From the IMG/VR virus record IMGVR_UViG_3300025697_000091, positions 1 through 31,920 of that record: a stretch of DNA of 31,920 nt; one strand, 5' to 3'. Positions within the stretch are counted from its first letter, which is position 1, and each line of letters starts with the position of its first letter. The notes under the pieces were generated by a model. The model was given only the letters and a program-made list of their open reading frames with translations, made no database searches and was not told the origin of the DNA. This DNA is from a virus (lineage: Duplodnaviria > Caudoviricetes). The position numbers and the translations under genes are program-made. This document shows positions 8,258 through 15,754 of the stretch, one piece after another.

Positions 8258-9085
8258 TTAAAAAGGTACATCGTCATTTGGTTCTTGTTTCGGTGAAGGA
8301 TATTTAGGTATCTTCATCCCTGCCACCTCTGTCTTGGTCTGTTCTGAAAAGTCCTCTGTCTTACCTATATTAACATCGCCACCACTCTCTTCTTCCCAGC
8401 ACCGATTGTTTATCCATGTTACCAACTGTTTCCATTCTGGTATAAAAGTTGCCCTCGGTGTATTATCTCTAATTGATATTTGCTGTTCAAGAGAAGGTAT
8501 TAGGAGTGGTAATACTTCTTTCCAATCCTTATGTTTCTTCTTAAAGTTATAGAATTCTGTATTCAATCCTCTCTTTTTGGCAGGGTATTTCTTACGAAAA
8601 GTGTCAAAGAGTTCTTTATATTTATCTTCCTTTAACTCTTCCTCTTTCTTTTCCTCTTTCTCTTTCTGTGTGTTATTCTGTTGCACGCTGTTGCTATCCT
8701 GTTGCGCAACTGTTGTGGTATTCCACTCCCTCTCTTCCTTCTGTTTAGCCCTATAGTTCCTGTAATACTCTGCCCTACTTTCGTGCTTATCCCTGTATTT
8801 GTCACGGTTTAGGATAATCCATCCCCCGTCAATCTCCTTGATTCTTCGACCTTCGTGATCTTTTGTACGGCTATATTCGTCTGGTGATGTCAGCACTTTG
8901 ATAGCATCTTTACACTCTGGAATAGTTACCCCTGCCAACCTTGCCATTCCAGGTATTGACCCCTCAACCGTTCCATCCATTTCGCTCATTGCTAACATAG
9001 TAATCCACAATATTCGAGTTGCATTATCTTCCTGCCATATCGTACTGGTAATAAGGCTCTTATACAGCTTAGTGTAACCACTCAT
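8258..9085 (-). CDS. phage replication initiator / replisome organiser-like protein
   Basis: N-terminal YTKL...STIW...RILWITML HTH-type domain, low-complexity linker, C-terminal FDTFRKKYPAK...TWINNRCWEEE; near dnaB. Confidence 0.78.
   Translation of the reverse strand: MSGYTKLYKSLITSTIWQEDNATRILWITMLAMSEMDGTVEGSIPGMARLAGVTIPECKDAIKVLTSPDEYSRTKDHEGRRIKEIDGGWIILNRDKYRDKHESRAEYYRNYRAKQKEEREWNTTTVAQQDSNSVQQNNTQKEKEEKKEEELKEDKYKELFDTFRKKYPAKKRGLNTEFYNFKKKHKDWKEVLPLLIPSLEQQISIRDNTPRATFIPEWKQLVTWINNRCWEEESGGDVNIGKTEDFSEQTKTEVAGMKIPKYPSPKQEPNDDVPF
8678..8716. repeat. four iteron-like CTGTTG(C/T) repeats; candidate replication origin
   Basis: Copies at 8678, 8688, 8699, 8710 (10-11 bp period), palindrome GTTGCGCAAC 8701-8710, adjacent pyrimidine-rich tract ~8621-8667, inside the initiator gene linker as in lambdoid origins. 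Confidence 0.6.
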
Positions 9086-9103
9086 CTAACTACCTCGGTA
9101 ATT

Positions 9104-9198
9104 AAAAAAATAGCCCCAACAGTGCTAACCAAGGCAATAAAGACTTGTCCGTCAGGGCTATTATTTGTTGAAATCATATATCACCTTAGTTAGCTACT
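9104..9198 (-). promoter_or_regulatory. structured 5' leader (two interleaved stems) upstream of the replication initiator
   Basis: 9151-9162 pairs with 9109-9120 (12 bp) and 9184-9194 with 9124-9134 (11 bp); non-WC pairs are G-U on the - strand; T-run follows. Confidence 0.6.
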
Positions 9199-9201
9199 TA
9201 A

Positions 9202-9230
9202 ACACTACTCCACGGTTCCGGGTTTGTCAA
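9202..9230 (-). promoter_or_regulatory. sigma70-type promoter
   Basis: TTGACA (9230-9225), 17 nt spacer, TAGTGT (9207-9202). Confidence 0.55.
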
Positions 9231-9411
9231 GTTTAGTTTCATAAAAAACACAGTCCGGATAGGAGCAAAGGAGATTTTCAACCATCGTTGCCGACTGAAA
9301 CATCCCGATACTCCTTGCTACACCCGCTAACCTATGTGCCTCTGGGCATTTACATAAGCCACGCACCTGCTGAGGGTTTGATTCCTCGTAAATACACTTA
9401 ATATGAGCCAT
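9205..9411 (-). CDS. small Cys-containing hypothetical protein (68 aa)
   Basis: AGGAG RBS before ATG 9411; the longer 9621 start overlaps the neighbouring gene. Confidence 0.6.
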   Translation of the reverse strand: MAHIKCIYEESNPQQVRGLCKCPEAHRLAGVARSIGMFQSATMVENLLCSYPDCVFYETKLDKPGTVE

Positions 9412-9421
9412 TACTTGTCTC

Positions 9422-9649
9422 CTATTTATACGGACGGTGGTTGTATAATGGGCAATCTTTAGAGGTGCATTCTCGTATCTGCTTAACCGGATTCTCCCAC
9501 CCAAAACACTCTCTACACATTGCCTTGATAGCCGCCCGCTTAGAGCGTGTTGTACAAGCCGTCTTAAAACATATCTTTTCAGCATTCGGAAGTTGAGCGT
9601 GCTTCTTTTTCTGGACTTCACTCATTTCCCTGACTTTATTGATTGGCAT
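9422..9649 (-). CDS. small Cys-rich (putative Zn-binding) phage protein
   Basis: AIKAMCRECFG...CTSKDCPLYNHRP pattern; GAAAGGA RBS before ATG 9649. Confidence 0.72.
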   Translation of the reverse strand: MPINKVREMSEVQKKKHAQLPNAEKICFKTACTTRSKRAAIKAMCRECFGWENPVKQIRECTSKDCPLYNHRPYK

Positions 9650-9777
9650 GACACTTGTCCTTTCTCTGTAGTGGCTTGTTTTGCACACTTTTTGACTGAA
9701 AAGGTGCAGAAACAGAGGCTTTTATAATTTAATGGTACTTTGACACCCTCTACAAATACCACCCCTTAAACAGGGGG

Positions 9778-10023
9778 TCAAGAGGTCTTTTTGACCACCG
9801 AAAGTTTCTTGTCTATCTCCATATATTCCTGCTGAATCGGGACCGGGGCAACCTTCACAACACAAGCCCGGAAATAGTCGCATGGCTCATCATCCAGTAA
9901 TACACACCGGCCCGCCCCGGCTTTCGGTGGATTCCACTCTATCACCTCATGGAGATAACAGCCATTATGATTGCCCCAGTTGGCACAATGCGACTTAGCG
10001 TAACTAAACAACGTCTTACTCAT
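9778..10023 (-). CDS. small Cys-rich hypothetical protein
   Basis: HCANW...C...C...PCDYFRACV; GGAG RBS before ATG 10023. Confidence 0.7.
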   Translation of the reverse strand: MSKTLFSYAKSHCANWGNHNGCYLHEVIEWNPPKAGAGRCVLLDDEPCDYFRACVVKVAPVPIQQEYMEIDKKLSVVKKTS

Positions 10024-10073
10024 ATTAAACTCCATCTGATATTACGGTCGCTTAGATGCGACTAATATTCTAC

Positions 10074-10319
10074 TCATGTTAAACTCCTTGTCATCCTCTC
10101 GTATTCCGCTATCCGGTCATTAAATAGCTCTGTCTGACTGGATGGACCAACCGCCTTCGCTCGGACCAGCACTTCTTTCGCCTTCCGAGGTCCATAATAC
10201 AAAGCTGTCTCTGCCTTAATCAATTGCTTTATGCCCCACTTTTTATCGCGACATAAAGACTTGGCCAGTTTCGCTTCTGTACGCTCTCTATCTGCATCTC
10301 TACGCTCTTTACTTGGCAT
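10074..10319 (-). CDS. hypothetical basic protein (81 aa)
   Basis: AAAGGA RBS just downstream of the dnaB stop. Confidence 0.7.
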   Translation of the reverse strand: MPSKERRDADRERTEAKLAKSLCRDKKWGIKQLIKAETALYYGPRKAKEVLVRAKAVGPSSQTELFNDRIAEYERMTRSLT

Positions 10320-10331
10320 TTATTATTCCTT

Positions 10332-11645
10332 TCATGCGTCCAAGAACCTCATGTTATTGCCTTCAAATCGTAGCTTAATGTCTCCAGTTGGTCCGTTCCT
10401 TTGCTTGGCAACTATAAGTGTAGCCATACCATCATGTTGTGCCTTATCCTTCTTATAGTAATCGTCACGGAGAAGGAGCATGATAGTGTCACTATCCTGT
10501 TCAAGCGAACCAGACTCTCTCAGATCGGACATAGCAGGCCGGTTATTAGTACGATCATCAGCAGACCGATTAAGCTGACATACCACAACGATAGGAATAT
10601 CAAGCTCCCTTGCCAATAACTTAACTAACCGGGAACATTCGCCCACCGCTTCGTATCTCTTGCCCTTACCCTTAATCTCCATCAATTGCAGATAATCTAT
10701 CACAACCAGCTTGATATCGTGTTTACGCTTCAATATCCGGCATTGACTCCTTAACCCATACGGGGTCAACTTCGGGCAATCACAGATAAGTAGCGGTAGC
10801 ATAGACTCTTGTGCCGCAACATATTCCATCATAGTTATTCCAACGTCACCCAGGTACGCCTTCTGCATCTGATAATAGCCAAGCTCACTGGATGCGGCTA
10901 AGTGCCTCTCAATCAGAGCGTCAGCAGACATCTCAAGTGAAAAGACCGCTACCGCCCCCCCAGCGGCAGCGACATTAGTGGCGATGTTGATAGCAAGAAT
11001 AGACTTGCCCATCGAAGGGCGGCCAGCGACAACAATCATTTCACCAGCGTGTAGCCCTCCCACCACATCATCGACATCTCTGAATCCAGTAGCCATTCCT
11101 TCAGCACCATGTATGGCTCGCCGTTTAACACTTTCAACTACTCTGGGCATAATTACAGAGATATGTTCCGGTTTAACTATCTGCTTCTGTTCACTCACCT
11201 TCATCAAGGCAGACTCAGCTTGATCGGCAATAACAGATAAGTCAGCAGCAGGATGATATGCAGCTTCAATCAATTGCCCTGCCATCTTAATATAAGACCG
11301 CAAGGTAGCCTTCTCTTTCACTATCTTAGCATAGTATGAACCATTAGCTGACGTAGGAACGCTTTCAGCTAATTCTATCAGATAATCAATGCCGCCAACG
11401 ACCTTCAGAGATTCAGTCTTATTCAACTGGTCCCTTAATGTAACTAAATCTATCGGGAGGTTATCAGCTTGCAATGCGAACATTGCCTTAAATACAATCT
11501 GATTAACATTACAATAGAAGTCATCCATTGATATGAGACTAAATATATCAGACCGGACCTCATCGTCTTCATCCAGGATTATAGAACCCAGTACACACGT
11601 TTCTGCCTCCGGGTTTTGTGGGGGTAGTTTTTCCATTTTATTCAC
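10332..11645 (-). CDS. dnaB: replicative DNA helicase DnaB
   Basis: LPPQNPEAE N-terminus, Walker A AGRPSMGKS, FSLEMS, VVIDYLQLM, QLNR, DLRESGSLEQDSD, AKQRNGPTG. Confidence 0.97.
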   Translation of the reverse strand: MNKMEKLPPQNPEAETCVLGSIILDEDDEVRSDIFSLISMDDFYCNVNQIVFKAMFALQADNLPIDLVTLRDQLNKTESLKVVGGIDYLIELAESVPTSANGSYYAKIVKEKATLRSYIKMAGQLIEAAYHPAADLSVIADQAESALMKVSEQKQIVKPEHISVIMPRVVESVKRRAIHGAEGMATGFRDVDDVVGGLHAGEMIVVAGRPSMGKSILAINIATNVAAAGGAVAVFSLEMSADALIERHLAASSELGYYQMQKAYLGDVGITMMEYVAAQESMLPLLICDCPKLTPYGLRSQCRILKRKHDIKLVVIDYLQLMEIKGKGKRYEAVGECSRLVKLLARELDIPIVVVCQLNRSADDRTNNRPAMSDLRESGSLEQDSDTIMLLLRDDYYKKDKAQHDGMATLIVAKQRNGPTGDIKLRFEGNNMRFLDA

Positions 11646-11962
11646 CTCTTAAAACTCTTCAAATCGACTCTATCCGACATTTCGTACCTGAACCCAACTC
11701 GAACAGGCTCAGGCAATCCGTTTATCCTCAAGTCTATGTATATTATCTCGCCTCTCTTTACCATTGGCAAAGCATGTCTAACTAACACTACCTCGTTAGG
11801 GTCGCTAAGTAATCTACCACCAGCCCACATAGCATCTGGATAGTTCATTTGCCAGTTTGATGCAATGCGGGCGGCTTTCTTAGCGTTGTTGCCAACAGAT
11901 ATACCCACCAGAAACACGAACAAGACAAGAATAGCAAAAGGTATCAGGTAGTTTGGTTTCAT
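11642..11962 (-). CDS. hypothetical protein with N-terminal transmembrane/signal segment
   Basis: LIPFAILVLFVFLVGISVG; 4-nt overlaps with both neighbours. Confidence 0.7.
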   Translation of the reverse strand: MKPNYLIPFAILVLFVFLVGISVGNNAKKAARIASNWQMNYPDAMWAGGRLLSDPNEVVLVRHALPMVKRGEIIYIDLRINGLPEPVRVGFRYEMSDRVDLKSFKR

Positions 11963-12291
11963 TTCTTATCCCCACAAAAAGGACAGGAAAGTTTTATTTT
12001 TCTGTAATAATTGTCACGATAACGAACATCTCTTTCGTCTGCCCAGAATCTTTCTTTGCAATCTAAGCAGACACAAAGAATAGTTTGATCCATATCATTA
12101 GTGATCAACTCAGGACGAGTTTTTGTAGGTAAGTTTCTGTAAAAGTTACGCAATTCTGTTTGGGCATCATCTTTTTGCGGCAGACCCTCAGTTTCGGCTT
12201 TAATTGATAAAAGATTCCTATCAAGTAGTTCTCTAGGAGGGATTCGGTTGCCTTCTTCAAGCTTGTTTATAGTTAGTATTTGAACTGTCAT
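11959..12291 (-). CDS. hypothetical protein with C-terminal Zn-ribbon
   Basis: CLDC...CPFCG; GAAAGGA RBS. Confidence 0.7.
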   Translation of the reverse strand: MTVQILTINKLEEGNRIPPRELLDRNLLSIKAETEGLPQKDDAQTELRNFYRNLPTKTRPELITNDMDQTILCVCLDCKERFWADERDVRYRDNYYRKIKLSCPFCGDKK

Positions 12292-12366
12292 TTCGTTTCC
12301 TTTCTGCTATCCATTCACTGTTTCAGTATCCGCAAAACACCTTGTGGATATTTGAGTGACTACAAA

Positions 12367-12506
12367 ACATGGTGGCGGGACTCGAACCCGCAATCTTCAT
12401 CGTCAAGCAACGCACTAACGGGCTCTCAACCGGATGGTACTTGTTTCTTAGTAATGTTGTCACTATTCGTATGTAGCGTCTCGTCTGCCAATTCCGCCAC
12501 ACCATG
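12367..12506 (-). ncRNA. tRNA-like RNA (Leu-type D-loop, canonical T-arm) with non-canonical anticodon region and ~70-nt insert
   Basis: Acceptor stem CATGGTG/CACCATG, TGGCGGAATTGGCAGACG D-region, T-arm GCGGG-TTCGAGT-CCCGC; no 7-nt anticodon loop; no encoded CCA. Confidence 0.7.
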
Positions 12507-12526
12507 TCCACGGCAAGCCGTAGCGA

Positions 12527-13156
12527 TTAGGCTTCGCGTATCTTGCGAACAATATCCCTAGTAGCGGGCTTCTTCTGGTTAGCTTTCAATTCTGCAACAA
12601 ATTCTGCTTTGGAATAACCAACCAAAACATCCACACCCTTATCAACCGACCCCACAACGTCAACCAACGCGGTTTTGTATCGCTTAGCAATAATGCCACC
12701 AAAGGCTGCGAGCAATGTTCCGGCAATACCCGTAAGAGTTCCCCACGGTGGAGGTATTGCTGGGCTAACAGCCGTAAGCGTAGCCCCTGCCGCTTGTATT
12801 TCGTCCCCGATATTAGCGTCACCGCCTGCCGCAATCTCAGCAATAGCCGCCTCTGCGTCCACTACAGCCTTGTCAATCTTCGCCTTAACATCTAACGCCT
12901 CCGACAGCTTTTCAGCCGCTACGGTCGACGTGGCCTCAATCTTCGCCGCGTCCGCTGGTGATAGTGCAGGGTCGTCAGCCGCTACCTGCAAATCTGTCAA
13001 CGTCTGCTGCAACGTAGCAACATCATCGTCAACCAGTGCCGACTGATCTTTGGCCATGCCAAGAAATGCCACCAAACCGTCTAGCCTCTCTTGGCTTGTG
13101 CCGTTGCAACCAAGCAACAACACACCCGCCACAATAATAATCCATAGTTTCTTCAT
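12527..13156 (-). CDS. lipoprotein with helical body and a second hydrophobic segment
   Basis: MKK + hydrophobic stretch + LLGC lipobox; WGTLTGIAGTLLAAFGGIIA near the C-terminus. Confidence 0.8.
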   Translation of the reverse strand: MKKLWIIIVAGVLLLGCNGTSQERLDGLVAFLGMAKDQSALVDDDVATLQQTLTDLQVAADDPALSPADAAKIEATSTVAAEKLSEALDVKAKIDKAVVDAEAAIAEIAAGGDANIGDEIQAAGATLTAVSPAIPPPWGTLTGIAGTLLAAFGGIIAKRYKTALVDVVGSVDKGVDVLVGYSKAEFVAELKANQKKPATRDIVRKIREA

Positions 13157-13169
13157 AACACGCTCCGAT

Positions 13170-13189
13170 CTGCCGGTCTTCCCGGCTAA
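13170..13189 (-). repeat. intergenic hairpin repeat TTAGCCGGGAAGACCGGCAG, copy 1
   Basis: 19/20 identical to 13949-13968; GCCGG/CCGGC stem with 5-nt purine loop. Confidence 0.7.
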
Positions 13190-13653
13190 ATATCAACTAC
13201 TTCAATTATCTTACGATGAGTCGCTACAAGTTTATCTTGACTTACAATAACTTGGCCCCAAACAATAACTTTTGTCAATACGCTATTGGCTGGTTTATAT
13301 TGTCGTGCGTCCTTTTTGCTCAAACTAGCATGGAGGCCATACTCACACATTTTAATTTCCGGCTCATATAAAACCTCTCCTGTTTGCACAAAATCGCCAT
13401 TTCGCGTTTTTAGTTTATTGCCAATACGTTTGATATAATGAAACGCCTTGAAAGCATTCTGCTTAAGGATATTTATTTCACCGGAACCGTAACCGGAACC
13501 GTCACCGTCACCGTAACCGTAACCGTAACCGTAACCGTAACCGTCACCGTCACCGTAACCGTCACCGTAACCGTAACCGTAACCGGAACCGTAACCGTCA
13601 CCGTCACCGTCACCGGAACCGTAACCGTAACCGTAAATGCTATTTAATCCCAC
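13186..13653 (-). CDS. Gly-Tyr/Gly-Asp repeat phage protein
   Basis: (XG)26 N-terminal tract then globular domain with CEYGLHAS; overlaps the upstream gene's stop. Confidence 0.75.
   Translation of the reverse strand: MGLNSIYGYGYGSGDGDGDGYGSGYGYGYGDGYGDGDGYGYGYGYGYGDGDGSGYGSGEINILKQNAFKAFHYIKRIGNKLKTRNGDFVQTGEVLYEPEIKMCEYGLHASLSKKDARQYKPANSVLTKVIVWGQVIVSQDKLVATHRKIIEVVDI
13480..13635. repeat. 26 tandem hexamers ACCGTA/ACCGTC/ACCGGA
   Basis: Directly visible; encodes YG/DG/SG dipeptides on the - strand. Confidence 0.95.
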
Positions 13654-13934
13654 AGCTCAGTCCTCCATACGGCAACAGCTTTATCTGTTGCCGACATAAC
13701 AGAAGTAACTTTGTTTACTTCAATCTGCGGAATTTGCGGAGTTATGCGAGAGCCTTTTTGCGGACCATGTGCAGCTAACCCTAAAACGCCTTTAGTTGCT
13801 TGCGACCAATGCACCGCCATTTGTGCATCTTTCAATACGGCAATCTGTTTGTCTTCGTCATAACGAAGCAGTTCACCCATGAACACGCCTCGGCAATCCT
13901 TATCGGTTGTCACTACTACCATTTTCTTTTTCAT
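13644..13934 (-). CDS. DUF6948-like small phage protein
   Basis: VVVTT...RGVFMGEL...LKDA...W...GVLGLAAHGP pattern; such genes commonly precede GY/GD-repeat genes (family name from recollection). Confidence 0.68.
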   Translation of the reverse strand: MKKKMVVVTTDKDCRGVFMGELLRYDEDKQIAVLKDAQMAVHWSQATKGVLGLAAHGPQKGSRITPQIPQIEVNKVTSVMSATDKAVAVWRTELWD

Positions 13935-13948
13935 TCTAGTCTCACTTT

Positions 13949-13968
13949 CTGCCGGTCTTTCCGGCTAA
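13949..13968 (-). repeat. intergenic hairpin repeat TTAGCCGGAAAGACCGGCAG, copy 2
   Basis: 19/20 identical to 13170-13189. Confidence 0.7.
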
Positions 13969-13973
13969 TCTTT

Positions 13974-14318
13974 TTATTCGTCCACATACTCGAACTCTAT
14001 CCTGTTCACAAGCAAATCGTCGGCTGCTCCATAATATTTTACTAAGAACTGCACAAACTTTAACGGCGTCCAATCAGGGAATCCCTCTTTAATAACATCC
14101 TTTTGTGTTATTACGTCCAATGGTTCAGCCCTAGTTGATACAATTCGTATCATGCCAAGCCGTTTAACTTTTTCTCCCTTCTGTAAACCCATTGCTTTTT
14201 CAACAGCGCAAACTACATCGCCGGGTTTTAAGAACCACCAGCCAAATCGACGAGTAACAGTTATCGTTCTCCCTCTGACCTGCTCAGTTGTCATCGCAAA
14301 ACTCATGTTTCTTGGCAT
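13974..14318 (-). CDS. ASCH/PUA-like domain protein
   Basis: MSF...VRGRTITVTRRFGW..LKPGD, ITQKDVIKEGF, VNRIEFEY. Confidence 0.8.
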   Translation of the reverse strand: MPRNMSFAMTTEQVRGRTITVTRRFGWWFLKPGDVVCAVEKAMGLQKGEKVKRLGMIRIVSTRAEPLDVITQKDVIKEGFPDWTPLKFVQFLVKYYGAADDLLVNRIEFEYVDE

Positions 14319-14332
14319 AGCATTCCTTTCGG

Positions 14333-14485
14333 CTAATCAATTACCTGTATTTCTTTGCCACAAAATGGGCAAAACACATATCCACATTCAGCTAACGGAT
14401 TACCACTTAGCCAAAATTGCCAGTGGCCGCAGTCTGTGTGATAATGTTCATCGTCCTCTTTTTCCCATTCACATTTCTCTGGCAT
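14333..14485 (-). CDS. small Zn-ribbon protein (50 aa, MPEKCEW...TDCGH...FCPFCGKEIQVID)
   Basis: Read manually, below ORF-track cutoff; GAAAGGA RBS; four-Cys pattern. Confidence 0.7.
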   Translation of the reverse strand: MPEKCEWEKEDDEHYHTDCGHWQFWLSGNPLAECGYVFCPFCGKEIQVID

Positions 14486-14601
14486 AATTTATCCTTTCAA
14501 AGTTACCCGCACCGCCACGTTAAATGTGTTCAATATATAACCCAAAACTATAAAGCTGAATAATCGACTATTAAGTTTTAGTTTAGACGGTACGGGTTAT
14601 G

Positions 14602-15591
14602 TTAAGCTGTCTCTGACTCTTTAGCTTCATCTGGATTCACACAGATAACTGTCTTCTTCCAGTATTTACTTGCAGCGACTTCATACGCTTTCTTAATAAC
14701 CTCTTTCCATTGTACGATGTATTCACCGCACAAGATGTCCTGACCTTCAATCAACTTCTTCTTCAGTTGTCTCTCGATAGCATCAAAACGCTTCTTGGCA
14801 GGTTGGGCATCATCTCTCTGCTTCAATAGTTCCTCAATCTCTTCATTATTAAACAGTTCAAGATTACCAGTAGCAATCAGGTCAGGTAAACACATATGGG
14901 CATATGCACACCTTGAACAATCTTCTGGTGAGTTGATCTTATCGGGTAGTGTACCATCCTCAACATGAACATTAACTCTCTCAGCTTTCTGGAATAAATC
15001 TTCACCGTAGTCATAATCCAAATCAAAGTAGACAGTCTTGATGTTATATAGATTCTGCTTATTCACGAAGATAATACAGCACTTCTCCACTTCCAGGCCA
15101 AGAGCATAAAGGAATAACTGTCCCCGATACTTCTTTGTCCACGGATAACGAACAAGGTCATCGTAGCCGTTGATAGAGTTGAATACATGGTCTGAGCATG
15201 TCTTAATGTCGCATACACAGGCCGTATCCCAACCATCCTCTTCGTTCTCCACCTGCATCAGGCCATCTATATGTCCGGTTATCTGATGAGTCTTCTGCAT
15301 ATTAGCGTCTATCTCACTCTGCGAACCAACGATACGCCATCTCGGAGATGCAGACCTACCCAACTCAGATAGTATCTTCTCGATAAGAGGCTCTACCTCC
15401 TTACCAGTCTCAAAGATACCCTGGAGATACGGGCCAGCAGGTTTAGCATTCTGCCATGCGGTACGCATATATACCAACCTACGCTCACATGGGTCATCCA
15501 GTTGACTTGCCCGGTTAGTATGACATGGCCATACCTTAGATTTAGTCTTTAAGTATTCAATAGCGTTCTCAGATATGTTCGGTAATTCCAT
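14602..15591 (-). CDS. PD-(D/E)XK exonuclease, Cas4-like
   Basis: N-terminal PCERR Cys, ITGHIDG, DIKT, QLFLY, C-terminal CSRCAYAHMC (1+3 Cys Fe-S staple pattern). Confidence 0.85.
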   Translation of the reverse strand: MELPNISENAIEYLKTKSKVWPCHTNRASQLDDPCERRLVYMRTAWQNAKPAGPYLQGIFETGKEVEPLIEKILSELGRSASPRWRIVGSQSEIDANMQKTHQITGHIDGLMQVENEEDGWDTACVCDIKTCSDHVFNSINGYDDLVRYPWTKKYRGQLFLYALGLEVEKCCIIFVNKQNLYNIKTVYFDLDYDYGEDLFQKAERVNVHVEDGTLPDKINSPEDCSRCAYAHMCLPDLIATGNLELFNNEEIEELLKQRDDAQPAKKRFDAIERQLKKKLIEGQDILCGEYIVQWKEVIKKAYEVAASKYWKKTVICVNPDEAKESETA

Positions 15592-15754
15592 TATGGTATT
15601 CCTTTATGTAAAAAGAAACGGCAGCAGCAGGCCGGAAAGGTCGGGTTATTTAAGAAGTGAACCCACCGCCACCGTTGTGTTTAATTGTTTCAAAGTGCGG
15701 CAGTAGGGGGAAAAACATGAAAAACCCTACCACCGCTGCAAATGGGAGAAAACT

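Noticed and set aside
9412-9621. N-terminal extension of the 138-aa ORF 9205-9621
   Set aside because: Overlaps the better-supported Cys-motif gene 9422-9649; an internal ATG at 9411 has a strong RBS
12367-12506. Functional tRNA-Leu, tmRNA or attP
   Set aside because: No canonical anticodon arm; too short for tmRNA and has a D-arm-like region; both halves are present and no tyrosine integrase is adjacent
12323-12511. 62-aa ORF (and + strand ORF 12280-12561)
   Set aside because: Coincides with the tRNA-like structure, which explains the sequence better; no protein features
13480-13635. Possible CRISPR array, and the + strand poly-(TV) ORF 13438-13647
   Set aside because: Contiguous hexamers with no spacers; the TV ORF is the antisense shadow of the GY-repeat gene
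14602-15591. Cas4-like gene as evidence of a CRISPR-Cas system
   Set aside because: No cas1/cas2 or array; solo Cas4-like nucleases next to annealing proteins are ordinary phage recombination genes
15631-15645. GCCGGAAAGGTCGG as another copy of the junction repeat
   Set aside because: Opposite orientation, lacks the TTA prefix, and is part of a larger stem-loop; likely coincidental
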